Positions 10,701-23,000 of a stretch of 64,000 bases of DNA are shown in pieces. Each line of letters begins with the position of its first letter. Position 1 is the stretch's first letter. This stretch comes from Amphiscolops sp. MND2022. Taxonomy: Eukaryota. The stretch lies in contig OZ076409.1 of the NCBI GenBank assembly GCA_964187785.1, positions 62,684,001 to 62,748,000 of the forward strand, in the 5' to 3' direction. A model generated the notes under the pieces. It had not been told where the DNA came from, did no database searches, and was given only the letters and a program-made list of their open reading frames with translations. The position numbers and the translations under genes are program-made.

Positions 10701-13700
10701 TTTCTATGGCGAGAATATCGTCTAAACGAAGAACCGGAAGAATACATGATGCAAGTGGTTTCTTTGGAGTCCGACTTGTAGCTTCTTCCTCAAGACGTTT
10801 TCCCCATAGGCGAAATTTTTTACCTTCGAAAGAACCAGCAATAATTGCTCAACTAGTTTCGAGGAGAACACCAGAACTTGCTTCTGATGACAATAAAGAA
10901 GAAATACTAGTTATAAAGAAGTCGACATACATGGATGACATAATTGACAGCGTCAAAAATTTGGATATTGCTGGAACTCGCACTAGTATTCTGGAAAAGT
11001 TACTTGCTACTGGTACTTTCAAAAATTTTTAAAAAAGAATTTTTCAGGTTATGAAGGCGCCGAAAATTGCCATGCTAATACAGAAGAAAGTGAAAAAGTA
11101 TTTGAATTGACTTGGGGTTTGGAGAAAAATGTTTTTGAGTTTAATCTAACGTACCGATCAAAACAAAAGTTTCTACCAAGCAGTACACAATTTTAAACAA
11201 TTTGAGAGCTGATCTCGTCGTGAGTTTCACAAGACGTCAAGCTCTTAGATAACTAATGTCAACTTTCGACTCTTTAGGGCTAGCCACTTCCTCCACGGTT
11301 GAAGCAAAAGTCCTTGTGAGAAAAATTTGGGAAGCAAACCGGGTGACTGATTGTGACGAAAGCCTTCCTCCCTCGCCGCTTGCAGAATGAATTACAAATT
11401 TTTGAAATGAGAGATGTCTTTTTCCATCCTTGTAAGTGGATTACAAGCTTTTTGAATGAGAGATGTCTCTTTCCCTCCTTGTATCAAATCAAAAAATGCC
11501 GTGGGAAATCCACAGTTAGGCGTCTTCAGCGACGCATCAAGAGAAGCTTTTAGTGCATGTGCTTATGCTGTGCGAGAATTGGAGGACGGATCTCATAAAT
11601 CGAATTTAATTTTATCTAAAAGCAGATTGGCTTCCAAACGCCAATTTTCTATAGTCTGATTAGAACTTTGCGGGCAGTCGCGATGTTTTCTCTTCGAACA
11701 TTCACGAATGAAGTTCGACGGTGTAAAGTTTACTGTAGATCCAAAAACTGTACGAGCATTGACCCAAAATGAATCTGACGGTTTCAACATTTTTACAGGA
11801 CTACGTTTGGATAAAATACAAGAAACAGAAGACCCAAAAGACGTCTTCTGGGTACCTGGTGACTTGAAAATAGCTGAACTTGTTTCCAGAGGATCTTCCC
11901 CAGTTGAACTTAAATTAGGGTCCAAGTGGCAATCGGGTCCATCTTTTCTCAAGCTAGGAAAACAGCATTGGCCACTACAACAAAAGCAATACTGAGAGCG
12001 ATTTACCAAAAGTGGTAAAAAGCAAAACACTTTGACTACAAGGAAAACTCATTGAAACAATCGAAACAAAGTTGATGGACTTAGTTCCTTAGCATCTTTA
12101 ATAAAAACCACTGCAAAGATTAAATTGCTGAAAACAGAAAAATCACTGAAAGCCTTAGCTCAAACACTGACTATGCAAGAAATTGAAGCAGCATGGAATT
12201 TCATAGTGAAGTGAACAGAGAAATTCAACAAAGTTTTGAAAGCGGAAAATTTGAACGCTGAGGTGTTTCAGGAACGAGAAAGGGTTCAATATGGCCTGCC
12301 GGAGAATCAATAATGTTGTGCCATTATTACCAAAATCATCGGAACTGGTGAAGCTGTCAATAACAGAAGCACACAAACCTGGTCACCCAGGAGTTTCAGC
12401 AACTGCAAGCAACGTTCGTACCAAACGTTGGTCACCAAACTTGCTGATGTTTATAAAATCGGTTTTGAAGTGCTGCACTGGATGTTGACTTCACAACAAA
12501 GAAAACGCTTTGCAAACTTTGGGTTTTGCAACTGAGGAATGACTGAATCCATCGTTGCCGTTTACTGACATCTGCATTGATTTTTTGGTCGCTACACTGA
12601 GAGGAGCACTTTGAAAAAGACAGCCTTCTGGAATTTATCCTGCTATTTTCACTTGCTTCTTTTCTCGAGCTGTACATTTGGATATAGTGATGGATTACTC
12701 GACACAAAAATTTCCACGAACGATTTGTTTCACTTCGCGGATTTCCTGAAATTGTTCATTCTGACTCAGGTACTCAACTATTTGGAGCCAATAAAGCGCT
12801 TCAAGGCAGCTTCAAGATGAATAATGAAGAATTTCCTCGTTAAGGACTTCAACTTAAAAGGATTACAGTGGGAATTTGCACCCAGATGGGCTCCATAGAG
12901 AGGGTTGTGCTCCAAGGTTGAGCTGTTGATGGAAACGCAAACAAACTTGTTCGAGGATCTGAATGATGGGAATGCAAACAACTTACAGGAAGATCGACCC
13001 ATTAGAAGACATCCGACTCACCCTGATGATAGGTTCTTTTTGTCTCCCAATTACCTGCTACTCGGTCGTACTCAAAACCAAACTGTGCCGTTTCCACCAA
13101 TCAAATGATGTAGTTTGACCCGTCACAACCTCGTTGAAAATGTTATGGACAGCTTTCGAAAGAAATTGCAATGAAATTTTCTGCCACAGATGTGTTTCTA
13201 CGAAAATTGGCGTACCACTCACAGGAACTTTGAGAAGGATAATGTAGTGTTATAGAAAAATCAAAACGCAGTTAGAGCATATTGGAAGTTAGGAAGAATT
13301 CGAGAAGTGTATCCTGGACGAGATGGATTAGTGAGAGATGTTAAAAATGAAATTGTCACAGAGAATGCAGTTAGGAATTGTTTGTCCTGGCCAATTCAGA
13401 AACTTGTGTTGATTCATCCCGAAAACAACAATGATTCACTGGAAAACATTAACCTTGATGACAAGATAGTTAACTTGTCAAACTCCACGGAAAATGCGCT
13501 CAATCGGACGACGTGGCGGGAGTGTCTCATTCAGATGACTCATAAAATGATTGAATCAACTCACACATCATTGTCATTTGGGAAGGTAATTCGTTTGTTG
13601 CAGTGTGGTTAGTCAATTTTTCAATGATTCATTGATCGCGGTAAATAGAAAACCAGAATTGTGTAACAACTGAATTCTTGTTCAGATCTCAAATTGTAAA

Positions 13701-13756
13701 AATGTTTTGACATTACCTGCAGCTTCTTCCACAAGGCGTTTTCCCCATAGGCGGAA
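7778..13756 (+). mobile_element. Decayed BEL/Pao LTR retrotransposon
   Basis: LTR-like direct repeats at 7778-8047 and 13523-13756 start TGT(A/C)TCATTCAGATGACTCA, and a purine tract precedes the 3' copy. Broken gag-pol motifs: KFPKFSG, CFNC zinc knuckle, LWDSAS protease, YMDDI, VFSDASREAFSACAY, HPGV, SDSGTQL, LSPNYLLLGR, WKLGRI..VYPGRDGLVR. Confidence 0.9.
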
Positions 13757-16700
13757 CGTTTTTCGTGTTCTGCTATTACACTTTCACAATAAAAATCAGA
13801 CAACTTCCGTCTTCAATTGTTTCACAAGAAGGCTAAAGGAAATTTTGATTTGAAAAGTCTGAAAAGTAATTCCCACGCTTATTCATACAGAGTTGCGATT
13901 TGGCAAATCAAAGCAAAAGTGTTCCACTTTGTTTCGACTTTGCAAGCTTCAATGTATTTCGGGACTAACGTTCAACTTTCGGATATAGGGATCTTTTATC
14001 GTTTGATGTTATAACTGAATAAGATTGAATTATTGCTCAAGTTAAAAATATTTAAAAAATCCACTTTCAGCACAGTCGAACCCCACATTCATCCTAGTGA
14101 AATGTCAGAATTTTGAAATCAAAACAAGCTTTTTAGTTTTTCACAATTCGCAATCGGTTATTCTACAGATCAAATCGAAAAGTATTCAAATTTCATGAAC
14201 AGTCGTTGTCGAAACCCACACTCTTGTTCAAGTTTGAAACTTGGGTTCAAGTTCTTGGATAATTCCTATCAGAAAACGCACTATGTAAGAAAAAAATTAT
14301 CACAATTCAATCTGAAACGATACAGAAATTCGAAACTGAAGAGATACAACGTCGCGCCTTGGAAGACATTTTTTGGCAAAACCAAAATCATAGAAGGAGG
14401 GCAATGGCGGAAAAAACCCAAATGAGACCATTTCAGAATTTTTTATTTAAAAAAACATTCATAACAGAACGCTTCAAAAATGGGAGCTTCAAAGAAAGAA
14501 TTTAGTCCCTTGCAAGCATTTTCGAAATTCAACTACCTCAAAGTTTGTTTTTCCTGGCAAAACATAAGAAACCAAAATGAGGATTTTAAATTTCTTTTTG
14601 AAATCAATATGACATCACGTGAAAAGAAACATTTCTTCAACCGAAAACATCGAAACACCAAAAAGTGTTAGATACTTTCGGTGGAAAACGTTAGTCTTTC
14701 TTCTCTTACTCTAAGTCTTCTCTTTCTTTGATAAAGTTGCACAGTGACGAAAACTTTTGAAGGTTGAACATCTTTGTCTTCACTTTATCTCTGCAAGCAT
14801 GAACGAATTAGTCTATTGAGGGGCTTTGACACACCTTGCCTAGATAAAAAAAATCTCGATACATATATCTTTGGAACGACAATAATTTCTCAAGAGCTTA
14901 TCAGCTATTACGGAAATGCGTAAATTTGAATACTTTCGGCCCAACCATTTTAGGTACGACATTTTCAACGTAGCCATTGTTCAAGATCAAGCGTAGCCAT
15001 TGATCTACAAATCAGATAACATTTTTTGATAGACAAAAATTGTTGACTTCAGTTTGTTTTATACATTTCATTCAAAAAACATTCCTGTCTATACAAGAGT
15101 ATGCTAAGTAGCAAATTGGTTGAAGGGTGAATTCCATCAATTCAGCATTCGAAAACGGTCCACTTTCGGCATGCTATCTCCCTAAAGCAAACTATTGTAG
15201 AATATTTGAAACCAAATGGTTGAGCTATCATCGATCGACTTGAAGATGCGATGCCAAAGTGACTTCCTCAAACTCACAAAAAATTGATTGTTAAGCGTTG
15301 CTTTTTGATTCCTCAGCTAAACGCATTTTTTCTCATGACCAAACCACTGAGCTGTAGAACTTACTCGAAACCCAACAGCGCTGAGCTGTCAAAAATTGAA
15401 CATCGATTATACATCAACGCAGGCTTAATACTATTGAATTTTAGATTCCTAAATACTCTGAATTTTTTGACTCACTAAAAACTTGTGTCTTCTCACTAAA
15501 ACAATGCTAAGTAGCCAAAGTAATCATTCGTTCTTTTTAACTTTCTGGATGTTGCTTCTTCCAGAAACATAAAAAGTTGAAAAGCACTGTTTTGAAAATT
15601 AACGTTGGTTAGTTTTTCTGTTTAAAAGCTTTCTCCGGAAAGTATGTTAGATAATTGAATGTTTCTTTTTTGAACTCTACCGTTGGTGATGGCCACGAAA
15701 ACGCCTGATACTGAGAACAAAACTTACATGAAATTGTCACAAATTTGATAAATTTCGGTTCACTTCACAATTTTCAAAAAATTTCAAAAAATGCTTTTAA
15801 TAGTTGAACTTTTTTGAACTCCTTGAATGTTCATACACACAAGGACATGCCTAGGGTATGAAAAACTATGAAACGGTTAAAGATAGGTATTTCTGTCATT
15901 TTCGGTTGGTTAAAGTACCTTTTCTTTTTTGAAGAGCTGGGTAAAAAAGCGTCTGTGGACATTTTAGAAGTTTGATTAATCAAAAAACTTTAAATTTGTC
16001 TTCTAAGGATTTACTGAGTGGCTAGTTTGTTTGTTCAAGAAATATGCGGAGTTTTGAAACATGTACAAAAATTGTCATTGAATGATCAAAATGTGGAAGT
16101 TTTTTGTAGTCTTTTCGAGGAATTTTTTCAACAAACTTTTGTTTGCTCTCCGTATGGGATTGGTTCGTCTTTGATTTCTGTGAAAATTCTCATATTACGA
16201 AACGGTCAAAAATTAGTTGATGTCTGTGAATGGGTTAACCTTTGAGAGCGTTCAAAAACTGCATGAAAATGCCGAAAATTTCTTGAGAGATTTTGACTAT
16301 TTTGATGTCTTCGGAACACGGCAAACTTTAAGGAAATGTGGCACAGTTGGTATTTTTCTCCCATATGGAAATATAGGCGGAAAAGAATAATTTTCCAGTT
16401 TCCACACAAATAGGAAAAGTTTTTTCAAATCCAATGGTTGCCTTAATGGTTACAGTTACTTAGTTGATATTTTGGAACTATACCAAACATTTCCATGAAG
16501 TGTTTCATCTCTGAACATTTCCGACATTTCTAAACTTTTCCTCATACTTATTTCTTCATATAAACATTCTGCGACATTTTTTTCTGCACAACTCAAATCA
16601 TGACAACTTGATGCATTTCATGCTGGAAAAATCAAAAAATTGTCCCAGCCCGAGCAATAATTTGGATAATGCCGGAAACGAGCAGATAAACGGGCAAAGG

Positions 16701-16877
16701 TGTTCCAGTGCAAATCAATTCTTGATTTCAAAAACCCATGGATGCAATTTAAATTCAAGTTTCGAATTCATAAAACAGTAGAATACAGTGAAAGCTTTTT
16801 AACTAATACAAAATTTGAAATACTGAGTGTTCGTTCCCAATCAAAGTATTACCAGTTCAATGGATACATAATGTTTG

Positions 16878-17069
16878 CTAGGTGCCGAAATCATACTCCA
16901 TGGAAGTCGGAAGGTTGTTGGCTGACCCAGAGGCCAGAAGTCGTCTGGAAGGGTCACTGGCTGTGGGAGGAGGAGGAGGGCCCCTCTTGCTCATATCTTC
17001 CAAGAAAGCCATTATCATTTTCCGTCTCTCCTGGTTTATACTGTTTAGCACCAAATACCGCTTGTCTTT
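16878..17069 (-). CDS. TCERG1: TCERG1 last coding exon
   Basis: [14 protein letters not shown]...[15 protein letters not shown]...TAG. Confidence 0.9.
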   Translation of the reverse strand, partial: KDKRYLVLNSINQERRKMIMAFLEDMSKRGPPPPPTASDPSRRLLASGSANNLPTSMEYDFGT

Positions 17070-20000
17070 CTGGAACAATACAATATTAATGTTCAGTTGC
17101 AACAACAATATTTACGGGTTAATTTTCCTCGGTATTTTACATAGGGAACGGCGGTTCAAATTGCACGACAATTATTGGAAGTTCAGTGAGAAAGATTAAT
17201 TAATTACAAAGCTATTATATGGATTTTTTGAAATTTTTTATTCCACAAAAGGTTTCTCTTTTTTTTTGTTTTCAATTATAAAAAGTCTTTTAAAGCCCAA
17301 AGTCTCCGTCCACCGTTTGAATATTTTTGGCAGTGAGATTTTGAGAACTAATTCTTGAACTTCGCGTCTTTTCATTTCAAGTGGGGCATTGATTACTGCC
17401 GTTCCCGGGTTGTTTAATTTAAACGACAACGTTTCAGTGCACAGTCCTAATTTTACATCTTCTAAATGAAGATAACAGTCATTCAAAGACGAGAACAAAC
17501 CTTGAGAACTTCCTCGATGTCATGCATGTGATGTTCACTTTGTTTGACCATGGAAAAACTTTTGTTGGTGATCAATCTTGTCTCTTTAAGCAGTTCTTTG
17601 AAATTGTGTTTGGCTCGCATGTACGCTGTTTCCTTCCAGTTGTCGAACTCCCTTTCACGTCTGCGGTCACTGGACGAAAACTTCTCGTATCTAGGGTCGT
17701 CTTTGATTTTCCTGCGAGCGTCTCTCCAATTGGTTGTGAATGAAATTCCTTCTGATTGGTCGAGTAGTTCACGATATTGCTGTTTTCGTTTTTCACCTAG
17801 TTGTTCAATGTGTTCGTTGAAAAGAGTTTCTTTGTCATCTCTAGTGAGACCCCCATTGGAATCCTCGTCTTCCAAACCCCCTCCACTCCACCTGTGGTCT
17901 TTCTTCATCAACCTCCGGCCTGCTTTCCACGTCATTTCCGCGTCCTTGATCTTGAAACGAACATTTTAGAATTTTTAATAGGCTTCACAAAAACAAAAGC
18001 ACTACTCAGTCAATCATCAGGAAGCAACTAATCGATTAAGAAGAGTCGAATGAAATGAATACACTAATGAAAGATAACATGGCTGATGTTAAACATTCCC
18101 ACAAAAGGCTTTTCGGTAAGAGTATCTTAGTCGGAAGCACGTTTCCTGAGTTTTTGGACGAATTTAGAACTTTAGTACAAAGCTTTCGATAGCATTATTT
18201 GTAAAATAAAGAATTGCAATATACCAATGAATATCACAATAAATTTGAATTACAGTACACTATTCATGGACATAGAGCAGGAAAGTTCGAACGAGTCAAC
18301 TAAACAACTACAAGTATCACAGAATTTCATTTTCCGCCAAACGCACATGGAAAATGTACAATTGAAAATATAAAAAACCCATACGGGGCTCAGTAATATT
18401 TCTGCTTTAGGCTGAAGATTTCTCGAAGCATTCAATAGAAGTCAAGGAAGGGTCAATATGAAAAACATGTGTTTATTCACTAGTATCGAGAACATTGATT
18501 CATTTATGCCAACCCTGCCCCTTCGCACATGTACAAAAGAGCGAAGGAGAAAGAAATGTGAGATTGGTAAATGGACTCACAATGTCGACTAGCAGTGCCT
18601 TGAATCTCTGCACTGATTCCTCTCTTCGATGTTGCAGCCTTTGTTCAGTGATGACCCGGTTGTTGAGTTCTCGCTCCTCAGCCACTGCTTGCTGTCTCGC
18701 ACGCATACTCTCTTCTATTCGCTTCCTCTTCTCCGCTTCCCTCACCTAAAAAAGTAATCATGATCAACTTAATTATAAGATAATGTTAGCCTTCCACGGC
18801 ATCTTCATCAAATCCAGTCGAAGACCATATTACTACTTTTCGAAGAAGATCTTTCAGAACTTTTTAAGGCCAAGATCAGCTAGGAATTGATATTGATGTC
18901 ATTGTAGAAAAAAACAACCCTGTTGCAAAATTTTGAATATTTCAAAAAATGATATTTTTAGGGCTTATGGGTCTAAAAAACACCAACTAGATGTACTTTA
19001 AAATTACACCCAAGAAATTTTAGACAATTAAGCATCTGTGTATTCGAAATCCATTTGTTTTGGAATATATGAAACGTTCTTCTGAATTAAACCATATGTG
19101 TTCCCTGGTTCATTATGCTAAGGATGACAATGTTCAAATAATTCCCGTCGAGGCCTATTAAAACTAGCAACTGCAAAAAAATGCTGCAAATGAAATTGAA
19201 ATTGTTTATCTATCGTTTCAATGAATGTTTTCGGGATAAAATACTTTTTTGAACAGTTGCTAACGGAAAACAATTAGTGGGGATATTTTGGCGAAGAAAA
19301 CCAATCTAACGTTTATTTCTAAAATAAAAATTCCACATATCTCAGAAACCATGGAAACTACCTCGCTAGGGTCCATCTTCTTCTTGACCTCGTCTATGTA
19401 CTCGTTGAACCACTGTTCCCTCAGAGTGGCAGAGGGCACCACTTTGTACCTGGAGTCGTCTTCTATCAACATGCGCAACTTGCTCCATCTCGCACTCTCG
19501 TCAAGGTAACTCTGCTCACTCAGCAGCGAGAAAAATTGATCTTTCATCTGAACACAACAAGTTTTTCATGTCTTTCAATACAACAGTTGGCAAAAAACAA
19601 ACACAAACAAAAAATCAGCGATTTTACACTTGAAAAACTGATCAAAAAGTTCCGTTGAAAAATCCATGAATTAACCCAGCATCCTTTGAATAAAATTCCA
19701 TTTAATGCATCTCTTATAGTTAACCAGTTGAAGGTTAGAATGAACAACCACATACATCCCAAGTCATTGCGTTTGCCAGATTGATTTTCTCACAGAAGTC
19801 TACAAATGCGCAAATTGGAAAATTTTCGAACATTCGGAAAAATAAAATATGAAGTCTGCAATTACAAACAAGGCGGGAACGGCACAAGTCGGCCCCTCAC
19901 TCAAAGTTCAAAAAGAGCAGTGTTTCAAATATTCAGGGCCAACTATTGAAACTTTTTCGAACGCTACCATTGAAACGCTTTTTCCGAGCCAAGAACTTCT

Positions 20001-23000
20001 TTAAAAAGATTTTTAAGACGGAATCAGATTTTTTTTCGAAAGTCGCATAGATACAGGTATTGAGAAAACTCTCATTAGTCCCACGAGACTAAAAAAATAT
20101 CCGAAGATGTCACCCTCAAGGCTTGGGCAACGAATTTCCTTAACAGAAAACCTCAAAGAAAAAAATTGAGTTTCCCAAAAAATGACTTCGATAAATCGCA
20201 TAAGGCCGAAAAATCTAAGGAGCCCTCTCTGCTCGCAAAACGCTGTTTTTGTTTTTAAAAATGAAGGGCAACTCGGTTAATTCAAAAAATAGGCCCATCC
20301 GGGCACACTATTATTTCTGCTTTAATCTTTCATTAATAAAAGAATCATATCTGGAATAATACACTCCTGTTTAATCATTATTAGGCGCAATTAATCAGTG
20401 TACCAGTTTACACCGTCTTTAAATCTCGGACTAAAGCAAATATAACTACTAAGCGTAGACGAAGTTTCGCATTCGCATTTGAATGCAGGCGAAGCTCTCG
20501 GCGAACGAATAATTAACACTCATTCGCTTCATCTCAATAACTCGACGTACGAAAGCATAATTACGAACATTCGCTCGCTTCATCTCAATGACGTTAGCGT
20601 ACGAATGCATTATTACAACTCGCTCGTTCCATCGCACGAGAATTGAATTGTCGTCGGCAGCTTGAGAAATTTAATGCTCATGCTTATGGTCACTGCCGAA
20701 CAAAATATCTGAACATTTCAGTATCACAATTGTATTTAATTGAATTTTACTGAAAAAAAGTTGACATCTTGAGGTTTCAATAATACTCCCGCTACCGCAG
20801 AAATAATAGAAGTTCAGAAAAGTCCCATAGTACCGATAAACACAAAGAGGGGACCCTTTGGCCTTTACTCAACTTTTGCAAGCATAAATTAAAACGTTTC
20901 GAAAAAGTCTCACAGTGCAGAAAAACGTAAAAGACGGGACACTTTGGGCTTTTTTTGGGTACCCTTTCGAAGCACATGAGATTGCTTTCTAGAAAAGCAG
21001 GAAGGCCTCGAGAAATTCTGTAAAAAGTGGACCTTTCAGTGTGAGGTCTGTGGTCTGGAGAAAAAAATAGTCACTGTAAGAGTCGAGCATTTTTTGTTTC
21101 ACAAAAAGCGCCGACTAAAAATACTGTTCCATAGTACTGTTAATCGGTACTTTTCCCCACTTTCCCACTTTCCACTAAAGATTTAAAGGATAAAATAATT
21201 TTTACAATGTTTCCAATAAATTTAATGAGGATTACTCATAAATCTCAAAATGATTCAGACGAACATCGCATTCTCCAATTCGTTACTTTCAGAAAAGTCA
21301 CTATCTCGGTATCTATCAAATAGAAGTCTTCATGGCATTCGAGAATACACGATGAATCTGCAGTTCTGGGGATCATTCACAGAAAAGGCTACGATTTTAA
21401 TGAGCAGAAAATACTTTCAAAACACTGAGTGTATAGACGACTAACATTGGATAGCTTGGCTTTGGTTGACTGTTGTTCTTTGACTCTGAGTTGTGCGACG
21501 TACTCGTCAAACATCGATTCTCTTTCTCGGTTCTTCTCGATGGCCTTGAACCTCGCATCTTTATTCCAACCCTTCGCAGTCCACTCTGTGAACGTCATTC
21601 TGAAAAATATCACCAGCTAAAATTAACCCTCAATGAAAACAACATTAGAAAATTAACCACAATGGTCAATAGGAACGGTCACGAGAATCAGAAACAAGAC
21701 GGGAACGTCCCAAGTCGGCGCCATATCTTAGGCTCAAAAATATTCAAGGAACAACTATTGGAAAAATTTGGAAAAAAATTTTTTTTTCAAAAAAAAAATT
21801 TGATTTTTTTTTTCGAAAAAAAAGTATTTTTTAGGTCGCACAATGCCGAAAAACTCAAAAAGAGGCCATTCAGGCTCATTCAACGTTTTCTACAAACCGA
21901 AAACTTCAAAAAAATTCAAGGGGGTACCCTTTGATAAATTTCGAAAATTTTCGAAAAAAGTCGCATAGTGCCGACTAAAAACCCAAAGGGGGGACCCTTT
22001 GGTCTCACATGTACTTTTGGAAGCATTAAAAAATTTATGGTTTAGTGCGAGAATCGAACCCACGCTCTCCGGCTGGGTCGAAGATGGAAGATGAACAAAT
22101 ATGAAAGATGAACAAAAATTGTAAGAAAAGTGGACCACTCAGAGTGAGATTGTCAACTGAAAAAAAAAACAAGACGGGAACGTCCCAAGTCGGCGCCATA
22201 TCTTAGGCTCAAAAATATTCAAGGAACAACTATTGTAAAAATTTGGAAAAAAAATTTTTCAAAAAAATTATTTTTGAAATTTTTTTTCGAAAAAAAAGTA
22301 TTTTTTAAGTCGCAAAATGCCGAAAAAAATCCAAAGGGGGGACCCTTTGGGCACGTCCGGTTGTGTATGTTTCCTTGAAAAAGTAAAAACTGAAAGGGTT
22401 GGAGTAAAGTTTGCCTTCTGCGCAGAATTGCAGAATTGTAAGAAAAGTGGACCACTCAGAGTGAGATTGTCAACTGAAAAAAACAAAAAAAAAAAAACTA
22501 CTCACTGTAAGAGTCGGGCTTTTTTCCTTAAGGGAAAAGGCGCCGACTAAAAAACTACTCACTGTAAGAGTCGGGCTTTTTTCCTTAAGGGAAAAGGCGC
22601 CGACTAAAAACAACTTGGTTGAAATTCGGGAAATTTTTCAAAAACTAGTTTTTAGTCGGCGCTTTTCTAGGGAAAAGTGCCCGACTCTTACAGTGGCTAG
22701 TTTTTTTTTCTTTTTTTTTTCGTCAGACTACAATCTCACTCTGATTGGGCCACTTTTCTTACAATCGAAACTACTAAAACTACTAGCATAAGAGGCCAAG
22801 TCCGGTCAGCGGAAATTAGTGCAAAAGGGTCCCCCTTTCATTTTTTACCTTTTTTACGTAACCTACAAAACCGGAAGAGACCAAAGGGTCCCCCTTTCAA
22901 TTTTTTTTCGGCACTGTGCGAAATTTTTTTCGAAAATTTTTTAAGGTCTCAAAAGAGTCCCCCCTTCGAGTTTTTTGATATTTTGCAACAAAATGTATGT

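Noticed and set aside
13800..16870. Short ORFs in the AT-rich interval
   Set aside because: No recognisable domains or splice-consistent exons; likely TCERG1 3' UTR plus old repeats.
22025..22080. Intact tRNA gene (also 29155-29212, 42720-42778)
   Set aside because: Only partial arms; no complete acceptor stem or cloverleaf could be folded.
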